Position numbers and translations under genes: made by a program | The notes under the pieces: generated by a model | Seen by the model: only the letters and a program-made list of their open reading frames with translations | What the model was told of the DNA's origin: nothing | Database searches by the model: none | In this document: positions 29,230 through 42,244 of the stretch, in pieces | Layout: each line of letters starts with the position of its first letter | Position numbering within the stretch: the first letter of the stretch is position 1 | Assembly: GCA_964016885.1 (NCBI GenBank) | Contig: OZ024765.1 | Span: forward strand, 21,204,001-21,268,000 | Length of the DNA stretch: 64,000 nucleotides | Source: Eledone cirrhosa | Lineage: Eukaryota | Direction of reading: 5' to 3'

Positions 29230-29275
29230 GTCTTAACGTTTTGGACGCTAGTCCTTCATCAGAAGAAATAATGAG
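29230..29275 (-). ncRNA. Decayed hammerhead (GAAA>AAAA)
   Basis: Minus strand: TCTT CTGATGA A GGAC tagc GTCC AAAA CG TT AAGA. Confidence 0.45.
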
Positions 29276-29376
29276 AAATAAGATAGATTGAGGGGACAGG
29301 TGGGGTGGAATTGGAAAAAATATCTTTAGATAAAAATAACAGGTCCTTTCATGTTGACATCTCTTTACATATATAT

Positions 29377-29410
<34 letters not shown>

Positions 29411-29475
29411 CACAGATAAAAACAGACAGACACACTCACACAGATGCATACACACACACACACTGGCAGAGGTAT

Positions 29476-29518
29476 ACAGTCCTGATGAAAGATAATGACC
29501 CAGAAACATGTTGATTGT
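29476..29518 (+). ncRNA. Hammerhead-like motif in a distant relative of the 471-bp unit
   Basis: ACAGTC CTGATGA ... GAAA C AT G TT GATTGT; flanks CTGGCAGA and CAGTGTTGAACAAA match the array unit; stem II is poor. Confidence 0.55.
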
Positions 29519-29784
29519 TCCTCAAAGCCAGTGTTGAACAAACAAGTGACGATCGGTCACCGTCACATCTTCAAATTCGGCCTTTTGTTTACAAACGAAT
29601 CGAACATTATTATTACTGTTCGATATAACCCATATGTACATATGTATATATGTGTATAATGTATATATATGTGTGTACGTGTGCATACTTACGTATATAT
29701 ATATATATATATATATACGTTATTCCGGGTTGAATCGGAGGTAACCACAGTAAGTAAGGTACTCAATACATAGCAGAGTATAAA

Positions 29785-29913
29785 AGTTTTAATATAGATG
29801 AGATTCTACAGGACTAGAACTGTTTCATTCATTAGAAATCATCAGGAATCTGATTCCTGATGATTTCTAATGAATGAAACAGTTCTAGTCCTGTAGAATC
29901 TCATCTATATTAA

Positions 29914-29917
<4 letters not shown>
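29785..29917. ncRNA. Perfect palindrome of two back-to-back hammerheads (29802-29850 minus; 29852-29900 plus)
   Basis: GATTC CTGATGA T TTC taat GAA T GAAA CAG ttctagtc CTG TA GAATC; 1-nt spacer at 29851. Confidence 0.8.
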
Positions 29918-29947
<30 letters not shown>

Positions 29948-29952
<5 letters not shown>

Positions 29953-30091
29953 TATTTTATAGAAGGAGCTTCTACAGGACTAGTACTGTTTCATTCAGAT
30001 GAAATCTTCAGGAAGCTCAAGAGCTTCCTGAAGATTTCATCTGAATGAAACAGTACTAGTCCTGTAGAAGCTCCTTCTATAAAATAAAAAA
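29948..30091. ncRNA. Second palindrome of back-to-back hammerheads (29966-30018 minus; 30021-30073 plus)
   Basis: GAGCTTC CTGAAGA T TTC atct GAA T GAAA CAG tactagtc CTG TA GAAGCTC; 2-nt spacer. Confidence 0.8.
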
Positions 30092-30271
30092 ATTTTACTC
30101 TGCCATGTATTGAGTACCTTACTTACTGTGGTTATCCCCGACTCAACCCGGGACCTACGTATATATATCTATATATATATATATATCTATATATATATAT
30201 ATATATATATATACTATGACAAATAATGATAATAATAATAATAAATATCTCTATATTTCTATTTTTGTCAG

Positions 30272-30290
30272 GCGTCATCTACAACATCAG
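30272..30290 (+). CDS. Probable 19-nt micro-exon of the ZP-domain gene (ASSTTS-G)
   Basis: Acceptor TTTCTATTTTTGTCAG and donor GTAAGT; if entered in phase 0 it ends in phase 1, matching exon 48301. Confidence 0.5.
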
Positions 30291-30295
30291 GTAAG

Positions 30296-30540
30296 TTCTT
30301 CTTCTTCTCCCACTTATTCTTGGGTGAGGTCATGGGGGGAAAGTCCTCAAACACTCCTTCCAGCAGGTCCTGTCAGAAGCAACCCTCTCCAACTGATCCA
30401 GCTGGATCCCCAAGCCAGACCAGCCAAGCTCATGGATGTTATCCAACCATCTTGCTCGTGGTCTACCCCTGGGTCTCCTGTCAGTTGGTTTTGCCTGTAA
30501 AATCTGTCCAGAGATTCTTTCCTGAGACATTCTCACCTCA
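30296..30540 (-). mobile_element. 3' end of an RTE-like LINE with (GAA)n tail
   Basis: MSQERISGQILQAKPTDRRPRGRPRARWLD...VASDRTCW; TTCTTCTTC tail. Confidence 0.8.
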
Positions 30541-33500
30541 TGTCTGTAGTATCAGAGCTGTGGTCTCTCAATTCAGAGATTCTTACCTGAGACATTCTAA
30601 CCACATGTCTGTAGTATCAGAGCTGTGGTCTCTCAATTCAGAGATTCTTACCTGAGACATTCTAACCACATGTCTGTAGTATCAGAGCTGTGATCTCTCA
30701 ATTCAGAGATTCTTTCCTCAGACATTCTAACCACAGGGTCTGTAGTATCAGAGCTGTGATCTCTCAATCCAGAGATTCTTTCCTCAGACATTCTAACCAC
30801 ATGTCTGTAGTATCAGAGCTGTGATCTCTCAATTCAGAGATTCTTTCCTCAGACATTCTAACCACATGTCTGTAGTGTCAGAGCTGTGGTCTCTCAATCC
30901 AGTGATTCTTTCCTCAGACATTCTAACCACATGTCTGTAGTATCAGAGCTGTGATCTCTCAATCCAGAGATTCTTTCCTCAGACATTCTAACCACATGTC
31001 TGTAGTATCAGAGCTGTGATCTCTCAATTCAGAGATTCTTTCCTCAGACATTCTAACCACATGTCTGTAGTATCAGAGCTGTGATCTCTCAATCCAGAGA
31101 TTCTTTCCTCAGACATTCTAACCACATGTCTGTAGTATCAGAGCTGTGATCTCTCAATCCAGAGATTCTTTCCTCAGACATTCTAACCACATGTCTGTAG
31201 TATCAGAGCTGTGATCTCTCAATCCAGAGATTCTTTCCTGAGACATTCTAACCACATGTCTGTAGTATCAGAGCTGTGGTCTCTCAATTCAGAGATTCTT
31301 ACCTGAGACATTCTAACCACATGTCTGTAGTGTCACAGCTGTGATCTCTCAATTCAGAGATTCTTTCCTCAGACATTCTAACCACATGTCTGTAGTATCA
31401 GAGCTGTGATCTCTCAATCCAGAGATTCTTTCCTCAGACATTCTAACCACATGTCTGTAGTATCAGAGCTGTGATCTCTCAATTCAGAGATTCTTTCCTC
31501 AGACATTCTAACCACATGTCTGTAGTATCAGAGCTGTGGTCTCTCAATCCAGTGATTCTTTCCTCAGACATTCTAACCACATGTCTGTAGTATAAGAGCT
31601 GTGATCTCTCAATCCAGAGATTCTTTCCTCAGACATTCTAACCACATGTCTGTAGTATCAGAGCTGTGAACTCTCAATTCAGAGATTCTTTCCTCAGACA
31701 TTCTAACCACATGTCTGTAGTATCAGAGCTGTGATCTCTCAATCCAGAGATTCTTTCCTCAGACATTCTAACCACATGTCTGTAGTATCAGAGCTGTGAT
31801 CTCTCAATCCAGAGATTCTTTCCTCAGACATTCTAACCACATGTCTGTAGTATCAGAGCTGTGATCTCTCAATCCAGAGATTCTTTCCTCAGACATTCTA
31901 ACCACATGTCTGTAGTATCACAGCTGTGATCTGCCAATTCAGAGATTCTTTCCTCAGACATTCTAACCACATGTCTGTAGTATCAGAGCTGTGATCTCTC
32001 AATTCAGAGATTCTTTCCTCAGACATTCTAACCACATGTCTGTAGTATCACAGCTGTGATCTCTCAATTCAGAGATTCTTTCCTCAGACATTCTAACCAC
32101 ATGTCTGTAGTATCACAGCTGTGATCTCTCAATCCAGTGATTCTTTCCTCAGACATTCTAACCACATGTCTGTAGTATCAGAGCTGTGATCTCTTAATCC
32201 AGAGATTCTTTCCTGAGACATTCTAACCACATGTCTGTAGTATCAGAGCTGTGATCTCTCAATTCAGAGATTCTTCCTCAGACATTCTAACCACATGTCT
32301 GTAGTATCAGAGCTGTGATCTCTCAATTCAGAGATTCTTCCTCAGACATTCTAACCACATGTCTGTAGTATCAGAGCTGTGATCTCTCAATTCAGAGATT
32401 CTTCCTCAGACATTCTAACCACATGTCTGTAGTATCAGAGCTATGATCTCTCAATCCAGAGATTCTTTCCTGAGACATTCTAACCACATGTCTGTAGTAT
32501 CAGAGCTGTGATCTCTCAATTCAGAGATTCTTTCCTCAGACATTCTAACCACATGTCTGTAGTATCACAGCTGTGATCTCTCAATCCAGAGATTCTTTCC
32601 TCAGACATTCTAAACACATGTCTGTAGTATCAGAGCTGTGGTCTCTCAATTCAGAGATTCTTTCCTCAGACATTCTAACCACATGTCTGTAGTATCAGAG
32701 CTGTGATCTCTCAATTCAGAGATTCTTTCCTCAGACATTCTAACCACATGTCTGTAGTATCAGAGCTGTGATCTCTCAATTCAGAGATTCTTCCTCAGAC
32801 ATTCTAACCACATGTCTGTAGTATCAGAGCTGTGGTCTCTCAATCCAGAGATTCTTTCCTGAGACATTCTAAACACATGTCTGTAGTATCAGAGCTGTGG
32901 TCTCTCAATTCAGAGATTCTTTCCTCAGACATTCTAACCACATGTCTGTAGTATCACAGCTGTGATCTCTCAATCCAAAGATTCTTTCCTGAGACATTCT
33001 AAACACATGTCTGTAGTATCAGAGCTGTGGTCTCTCAATTCAGAGATTCTTTCCTCAGACATTCTAACCACATGTCTGTAGTATCAGAGCTGTGATCTCT
33101 CAATTCAGAGATTCTTCCTCAGACATTCTAACCACATGTCTGTAGTATCAGAGCTGTGGTCTCTCAATCCAGAGATTCTTTCCTGAGACATTCTAAACAC
33201 ATGTCTGTAGTATCAGAGCTGTGGTCTCTCAATTCAGAGATTCTTACCTGAGACATTCTAAACACATGTCTGTAGTATCAGAGCTGTGGTCTCTCAATTC
33301 AGAGATTCTTTCCTCAGACATTCTAACCACATGTCTGTAGTATCACAGCTGTGATCTCTCAATTCAGAGATTCTTTCCTCAGACATTCTAACCACAGGGT
33401 CTGTAGAATCACAGCTGTGATCTGCCAATTCAGAGATTCTTTCCTCGGACATTCTAACCACATGTCTGTAGTATCACAGCTGTGGTCTCTCAATTCAGAG

Positions 33501-35915
33501 ATTCTTTCCTCAGACATTCTAACCACAGGGTCTGTAGTATCAGAGCTGTGATCTCTCAATTCAGAGATTCTTTCCTCAGACATTCTAACCACATGTCTGT
33601 AGTATCACAGCTGTGGTCTCTAAATTCAGAGATTCTTTCCTCAGACATTCTAACCACATGTCTGTAGTATCAGAGCTGTGATCTCTCAATTCAGAGATTC
33701 TTTCCTCAGAAATTCTAACCACATGTCTGTAGTATCACAGCTGTGGTCTCTCAATTCAGAGATTCTTTCCTCAGACATTCTAACCACATGTCTGTAGTAT
33801 CACAGCTGTGGTCTCTCAATTCAGAGATTCTTTCCTCAGACATTCTAACCACAGAGTCTGTAGTATCAGAGCTGTGATCTCTCAATTTAGAGATTCTTTC
33901 CTCAGACATTCTAACCACATGTCTGTAGTATCACAGCTGTGGTCTCTCAATTCAGAGATTCTTTCCTCAAACATTCTAACCACAGGGTCTGTAGTATCAG
34001 AGCTGTGATCTCTCAATTCAGAGATTCTTTCCTCAGACATTCTAACCACATGTCTGTAGTATCACAGCTGTGATCTCTCAATTCAGAGATTCTTTCCTCA
34101 GACATTCTAACCACATGTCTGTAGTATCAGAGCTGTGATCTCTCAATTCAGAGATTCTTTCCTCAGACATTCTAACCACATGTCTGTAGTATCACAGCTG
34201 TGGTCTCTCAATTCAGAGATTCTTTCCTCAGACATTCTAACCACATGTCTGTAGTATCACAGCTGTGATCTCTCAATTCAGAGATTCTTTCCTCAGACAT
34301 TCTAACCACATGTCTGTAGTATCAGAGCTGTGATCTCTCAATTCAGAGATTCTTTCCTCAGACATTCTAACCACATGTCTGTAGTATCAGAGCTGTGATC
34401 TCTCAATTCAGAGATTCTTTCCTCAGACATTCTAACCACATGTCTGTAGTATCACAGCTGTGATCTCTCAATTCAGAGATTCTTTCCTCAGACATTCTAA
34501 CCACATGTCTGTAGTATCACAGCTGTGATCTCTCAATTCAGAGATTCTTTCCTCAGACATTCTAACCACATGTCTGTAGTATCAGAGCTGTGATCTCTCA
34601 ATTCAGAGATTCTTTCCTCAGACATTCTAACCACATGTCTGTAGTATCAGAGCTGTGATCTCTCAATTCAGAGATTCTTTCCTCAGACATTCTAACCACA
34701 TGTCTGTAGTATCACAGCTGTGGTCTCTCAATTCAGAGATTCTTTCCTCAGACATTCTAACCACATGTCTGTAGTATCACAGCTGTGGTCTCTCAATTCA
34801 GAGATTCTTTCCTCAGACATTCTAACCACAGAGTCTGTAGTATCAGAGCTGTGATCTCTCAATTTAGAGATTCTTTCCTCAGACATTCTAACCACATGTC
34901 TGTAGTATCACAGCTGTGGTCTCTCAATTCAGAGATTCTTTCCTCAGACATTCTAACCACAGGGTCTGTAGTATCAGAGCTGTGATCTCTCAATTCAGAG
35001 ATTCTTTCCTCAGACATTCTAACCACATGTCTGTAGTATCAGAGCTGTGGTCTCTCAATTCAGAGATTCTTTCCTCAGACATTCTAACCACATGTCTGTA
35101 GTATCACAGCTGTGATCTCTCAATTCAGAGATTCTTTCCTCAGACATTCTAACCACAGGGTCTGTAGTATCAGAGCTGTGATCTCTCAATTCAGAGATTC
35201 TTTCCTCAGACATTCTAACCACATGTCTGTAGTATCACAGATGTGATCACTAAATTCAGAGATTCTTTCCTCAGACATTCTAACCACATGTCTGTAGTAT
35301 CAGAACTGTGATCTCTCAATTTACAGATTCTTTCCTCAGACATTCTAACCACAGGGTCTGTAGTATCAGAGCTGTGATCTCTCAATTCAGAGATTCTTTC
35401 CTCAGACATTCTAACCACATGTCTGTAGTATCACAGCTGTGATCACTCAATTCAGAGATTCTTTCCTCAGACATTCTAACCACATGTCTGTAGTATCAGA
35501 GCTGTGATCTCTCAATTTACAGATTCTTTCCTTAGACATTCTAACCACATGTCTGTAGTATCAGAGCTGTGGTCTCTCAATTCAGAGATTCTTTCCTCAG
35601 ACATTCTAACCACAGGGTCTGTAGTATCAGAGCTGTGATCTCTCAATTCAGAGATTCTTTCCTCAGACATTCTAACCACATGTCTGTAGTATCACAGCTG
35701 TGATCACTCAATTCAGAGATTCTTTCCTCAGACATTCTAACCACATGTCTGTAGTATCAGAGCTGTGATCTCTCAATTTACAGATTCTTTCCTCAGACAT
35801 TCTAACCACATGTCTGTAGTATCACAGCTGTGATCTCTCAATTTACAGATTCTTTCCTCAGACATTCTAACCACATGTCTGTAGTATCAGAGCTGTGATC
35901 TCTCAATTCAGAGAT
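30509..35915. repeat. 65-bp minisatellite, ~83 copies, derived from RTE coding sequence
   Basis: Unit CATGTCTGTAGTATCAGAGCTGTGATCTCTCAATTCAGAGATTCTTTCCTCAGACATTCTAACCA; minus strand reads L*IERSQL*YYRHVVRMSEERIS. Confidence 0.92.
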
Positions 35916-36267
35916 CTATTGAGTAACATTACACCAAAGACCTTTTGGAGGAACCCCATTTCAACCACTAAAGGTTTATAGTATCTTTACTAGTAGACAG
36001 ATTGTTGTGAATATATACCGTATTACAGTAAAGACTTTAATATCTAATGTGATGTAGTCATAGTGTTGTTTTATAATTTTTACAAATGTTTACGAATGGA
36101 GTTGTTTATAACAAATGCAATGGTTTGTACAATGGTTTACACATACACACGCAGACACACACAGACACACACACAGACACACACACTGACAGATACACAC
36201 ACACACACAAATACACACACACTATTAAACATTGGAATTTTTTCTTTTACATTTTAATAAAAAGCTA

Positions 36268-36459
36268 ACAACAGCCACAGGAACAACAACAGTAACAACA
36301 ACAACAACAGTAACACCACCAACAACAGAAACACCAACAACCACCACTACCAGCAACAACAACAGTAACAACAACAACATCAACAACAGTAACAAAAACA
36401 ACAAAAACAGTAACAACAACAACAACAACAACAACAACAGTAACAACAACAACAACAGT

Positions 36460-36496
<37 letters not shown>

Positions 36497-36779
36497 GCAA
36501 CAACAACAACAGCAACAACAACAACAACAACAACAGTAACAACAACAACAACAACAACAGTAACAACAACAACAGCAATAGTAAGAACAACAACAACAAC
36601 AACAACAATAGTAAGAAGAAGAAGAAGAACAACAACAACAACAGTAACAACAACAACAACAACAGTAACAACAACAATAGCAACAACAACAACAGTAGCA
36701 ACAACAACAGCAACAACAACAACAACAGTAACAACAACAACAACAACAGCAACAACAGTAACAACAACAACAGCAGCAA

Positions 36780-36810
<31 letters not shown>

Positions 36811-37595
36811 AGTAACAACAGTAACAACAACAACAGTAACAGTAACAACAACAGTAACAACAGTAACAACAACAGCAGTAACAGCAACAACAACAGCAGC
36901 AACAACAACAACAACAGCAGCAACAACAGTAACAACAGTAACAACAACAACAGTAACAACAACAACAACAGTAACCACAACAGTAACAACAACAACAGTA
37001 ACAGTAACAACAATAGTAACAACAACAACAGTAACAACAACAACAACAGTAACAACAACAACAACAGTAACAACAACAACAACAGTAACAACAACAACAA
37101 TAGTAAGAAGAAGAAGAACAACAACAACAACAATAGTAAGAAGAAGAAGAAGAAGAACAACAACAACAACAACAACAGTAGCAACAACAACAGCAACAAC
37201 AACAACAACAGTAACAACAACAACAACAACAGCAACAACAGTAACAACAACAGCAGCAACAACAACAACAACAGCAACAACAACAACAGCAGTAACAGCA
37301 ACAACAACAGCAGCAACAACAGTAACAACAGTAACAGCAACAGCAGTAACAACAACAGCAGTAACAACAACAACAGTAACAACAACAACAACAGTAACAA
37401 CAACAGTAACAACAACAACAACAGTAACAACAACAACAACAACAGTAACAACAACAGTAACAACAACAACAACAGTAACAACAACAGTAACAACAACAAC
37501 AACAGTAACAACAATAACAACAACAGCAACAACAACAACAACAGCAACAACAGCAACAACAACAACAACAGCAACAACAGTAACAACAACAACAC
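36268..37595. repeat. (AAC)n microsatellite interrupted by AGT/AGC/AAG
   Basis: Poly-N/L/V/C ORFs on both strands. Confidence 0.95.
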
Positions 37596-38011
37596 CACCC
37601 ATATGATATCTGGTGAAGTACAATCGCATAATGTTTCCCCCCCCCCCCCCGTTTGGCATACTGCAGTGAAGGAATGGAGAGAAAGAAGGAAAAAAATGAG
37701 ATAAAGAGGGAGAGAGAGAGAAAGAAAGAGAGAAAGAAAGAAAACAAGAAAGAGAGAAAGAAAGAGAGAAACACAATAGAGAGAGAAATACAACCCTCCA
37801 CCACACCACCAACCCCTCTCTTCAAATAATCAACACAAACTAACGAATATTAATTTAAAAAATGGTTTTTGTTGCAAAAGGAAGAAATAAAGTTTAGAGG
37901 AAAAAGAAAAATATTTATATTGATGGAAAAACAAATAAACAAGACTCCATAAATATATATAGTGTCCCCAAAAAATGTATACATACTTTGATTACCTGTG
38001 ATTATTACCTG

Positions 38012-40195
38012 TCATCATCATCATCATCATCATCAACGTTTAACGTCCGTGTTCCACGCTTGCATGGGTTTGGACGGGGGTAGTCCCACTTGAGGCAAGA
38101 GTGGTTGTCTTGCTCGTATAGGACTGTCTGGCAGGTTTTCTACAGCTGGATGCCCTTCCTAACACCAACCACATTTACAGTGTGGGTCTGGGAGGTTTTT
38201 ACCGTGTTGCCTACACGGCCACATTACAGCGTGGACTGTGTGTTTTTTTGTCGTGACACCTACACGATCTCATTTGTTTCGGCCTGGATGGCGCGGCACC
38301 AACATAACTTTACATAGGACGGGGTGGTGTGGATGGGGTGGGGGTGGTGGTGGTGGGACGGGGTGTATTTTGTTAGAGATGCCTACTGGCAAGGCGGGTC
38401 TTCTCTGTTACTGAGTACCGCCAAAGGTCTCGGTCCAGTGACATTGTCTTGGAGAGGTGTAAGTGTGTGAGGTCGGAGTTTATCAGCTCGTCCCAGGTTT
38501 TTCTAGGTCTGCCTATTCCGTGGCTACCGTCTATCTTTATTGCCCTGCACTTTGTTATACAGCTATCGACTTTCATGCGCATCACGTGTCCATACCAACG
38601 TAGCCTTCTCTCGAGTAAACAACATCTGATCCCTCTTATCTCTAATTTTTTCCTTAGTTCGTTTATGCTTTGCCGTTCACGTATATTACTGTTACACATC
38701 CAGCGGAGCATGCAAGCTTCGTTCCTCTCTAGTCTGCGTATATCCTCTGCACACAATGCCCAGGTCTCACTGCCATGCAACATTGCTGTTCGTATGCAGG
38801 CATCGTACAACCTGCCTTTCATTTTTAGGGAGAACCCTTTAGCAGCTAATAGTGGTATAAGCTCTCTGAACTTTTTCCAACCAGTTCTGACTCTAGCTAC
38901 AGTACTTTCAGAGCACCCTCCCCCACTGCTGATTTTATCGCCCAGGTAACGGAAGCTGTCCACTATTTCTATAGAACCCTCTGCGCAATTGAAAGAGCTA
39001 GTATTGTGTGGGCACTTGCTGCTACTTATTGCACCAGAACACCGGCCACATGTAAAATCTATGTTCTTAGTTAGCTTACCTGTGATCCCACTACATCTTT
39101 TATGCACCCATACTTTGCATTTAGGACACAAAATGGAGTTTCTACCTACGCCTTTCCTACACACCGAGCACGACCATTTCCCAGAAGGGACCGCCGCCTT
39201 GTTTTCTTTCCTACAAACTAGAACTTTGGTCTTAGCCAGGTTAATTTTAAGTCCTTTTGACTCTAGGCCGTGCTTCCATGTTTGGAATTTCTTCTCTAGC
39301 TCGGCCATTGATTCCGCTATGAGTGTCAGGTCGTCTGCGTATAGGAGTTCCCATGGGCAGCCTGTCTTGAACTCCTCTGTTATAGCCTGAAGGGCAATAA
39401 TAAATAGTAGGGGGCTGAGAACAGAGCCCTGATGGACGCCAACTTTTACGCTAAACTCTTCACTATATTCGTTGTTAATTCTAACCTTGCTGACTGTTTC
39501 TTTATACATGGCTTGTATAGCCCTCACAAGCCATTCGTCAACGCCTAGTTTTCTAAGAGCCCACCAGATAATGGAGCGGGGGACTCTGTCGAAGGCTTTC
39601 TCCAAGTCGACAAAAGCTAAGTAGAGGGGTTTACCTTTAGCTAGGTACTTCTCCTGTAGTTGTCGTACTATGAAAAGAGCGTCTGTGGTACTTTTGCCTG
39701 ACACAAACCCGAACTGCATTTCATCTAGGTCAATTCTCTCTCTGATTAGTTGCGCTATTACTTTTTCTGTGACCTTCATGACCTGGTCGATTAATTTAAT
39801 GCCTCTATAGTTACTCCTATCTAGGGCGTCTCCTTTACCCTTATAACAGTTAACGATGATGCTGCTATGCCAGTCCTTCGGAACAACCCCATTCTGTACG
39901 ACTTGGTTAACTATGCGGGTGACCATGGTGTGTCCCACCGTGCCAGATGCCTTCAGCATCTCAGCAACTATTTCCGAAGGCCCAGCCGCCTTACCTGTCT
40001 TCATATCCTTGATTGCCTTACTTATTATACTCCCCTCGACTAACACTGCTGGTCCCTCTATTGGGTCGACATGGGGGAGACTGTCTTTCTCCCATTTATT
40101 CTCCTCATTTAGTAGCCTTTCATAGTGACACTTCCAAGCTGCCTTCTTATCAGTGTCGGTGATGGCAAGTATGCCATCATCGTTAAGTACACACT
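38012..40195 (-). mobile_element. 5'-truncated RTE-clade LINE with an open RT frame (38373 to ~40195)
   Basis: [32 protein letters not shown], Cys/His finger, [17 protein letters not shown]; (GAT)n tail at 38012-38035. Confidence 0.95.
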
Positions 40196-40256
40196 TCAGG
40201 CAATATTTATTAGAATGGTCTTCAAGTGTGTAGACATTTTTTTGAGACACTCTATG

Positions 40257-40334
<78 letters not shown>

Positions 40335-40604
40335 ATGTATACATATATATGTATGTATATATACATATACATACATATATATATGTATATATACACATAC
40401 ATATATCTATATACAAATGTATATATACATATACATACATATATATATACGTATATATACATACATATACATACATATATATATAAACATTATATATATA
40501 TACATATACATACATATATATATATATATACATTATACATATATACACACATACAAATATATATATATAGAAATATATACACATACAAATATATATATAT
40601 ATAT

Positions 40605-40707
<103 letters not shown>

Positions 40708-40800
40708 AATGAAAGGTATAGAAAATATTGTAACAAAAAGCCAACAGTATTCCATAATATATTATATATATATATATATATGTATGTATATTCATATATA

Positions 40801-40836
<36 letters not shown>

Positions 40837-40839
<3 letters not shown>

Positions 40840-40935
40840 GGTGTCCAAAAAATGTATACACACTTTGACTGCCTGTACAGATAATATTTATTTGAATGCT
40901 GTTGAAGTGTGTATACATTTTTTTGAGACACCCTG
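40837..40935. mobile_element. 99-bp Tc1/mariner-type MITE; a second copy (37960-38011 + 40196-40255) is split by the RTE LINE
   Basis: TIRs CAGGGTGTCCAAAAAATGTATACACACTT / AAGTGTGTATACATTTTTTTGAGACACCCTG, TA flanks. Confidence 0.8.
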
Positions 40936-41214
40936 TATATATAAATGTATAGGATGTAATAAAAACATTAATAAATAACAACAAAAGGAATGTTTAAATA
41001 GATTTCCTCTGTAAACAACAAGAATTGTTTAGTTTAAACAAACAACCCTGAGTGGTGGTTATATGTGGTTAATAAAACTGCTAGAAATAGTGACCCAAGT
41101 CGTCCATCAGTTGGGAAGGTTCTTTTTTAAATTTCAATATGAATCCAGGTATATTTTGTTAATTAACTTCTTCAGTGCCATAGACGAGATAACTCACCCT
41201 AACATGTTTGAGTT

Positions 41215-41621
41215 CGTTTCCAACAGTTCATAACTTCAAGGTTATGAACATGTTTCCAACAGTTCATAACTTCAAAGTAATGAACCTGTTTCCAACAGTT
41301 CATAACTTCAAAGTAATGAACCTATTTCCAACAGTTCATAACTTCAAGGTTATGAACCTGTTTCCAACAGTTCATAACTTCAAGGTTATGAACATATTTC
41401 CAACAGTTCATAACTTCAAAGTTATGAACATGTTTCCAACAGTTCATAACTTCAAGGTTATGAACATGTTTCCAACAGTTCATAACTTCAAGGTTATGAA
41501 CATGTTTCCAACAGTTCATAACTTCAAGGTTATGAACATGTTTCCAACAGTTCATAACTTCAAGGTTATGAACATGTTTCCAACAGTTCATAACTTCAAA
41601 GTTATGAACTTGTTTCCAACA
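41215..41621. repeat. 36-bp minisatellite, ~11 copies, with an internal hairpin
   Basis: Unit CATGTTTCCAACAGTTCATAACTTCAAGGTTATGAA; GTTCATAAC/GTTATGAAC dyad. Confidence 0.9.
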
Positions 41622-42244
41622 TTTTCCAACTGCAAAAATACAATAGTATATATAGAGTAATGTAAATGCTAAAGGGTTAAAATATGGTTCTTATATAAAA
41701 TTATGTTGGAAGATTTTAATTTAAATAGGAACCCTGTATTTCAATTGATTAATGAAGGATTTTGAGTGATTTACTAAAATTATTAAATATTTCATTACTC
41801 AGACAGTAACTTAATATAATTCTTTTCTGTTCAAAGGTTTTGATTTAGGAAAAAAAATCCTTTAAAATGGGTGGTTTTGTTTCATAGGACCCAGGGTTAG
41901 TTTTGTGTGGGGCTGGTATCAAAAGGGTAAAAATAAATTTCTATATTTAATCTACCTGTCACCCACCTTGTGGATTGTCTCTCTGTTGACCACTGGCTGC
42001 TGGTCTCTTTACTGTGGTATTTTGGCCATCACTGTCATTGACAGCTGTTCTAGCGATGAGTTCTCTCATTTTTATGTGTATTCAAATACAACCTTGCTTC
42101 AGCTCGATCAGAGACAACATTGTTTTAACAGCTGCTCTAGCAATGAGTTTTTTCATTTTTACATGAATTCAATAAAATATACTTTCGCCAAAATGTTAGG
42201 TCACTCACGAGTGCTACTGGTAGCATGTAACCCAGCAAAACCTG

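Noticed and set aside
36225-37825. Asn-rich or mucin-like exon
   Set aside because: (AAC)n tract with no convincing splice sites.
40196-40376. N-terminus of the 667-aa RT ORF
   Set aside because: Read-through from MITE and microsatellite; the LINE is 5'-truncated near 40195.
41215-41621. CRISPR array (36-bp palindromic repeats)
   Set aside because: No unique spacers, no cas genes, eukaryotic context; the same applies to the 65-, 79- and 83-bp arrays.
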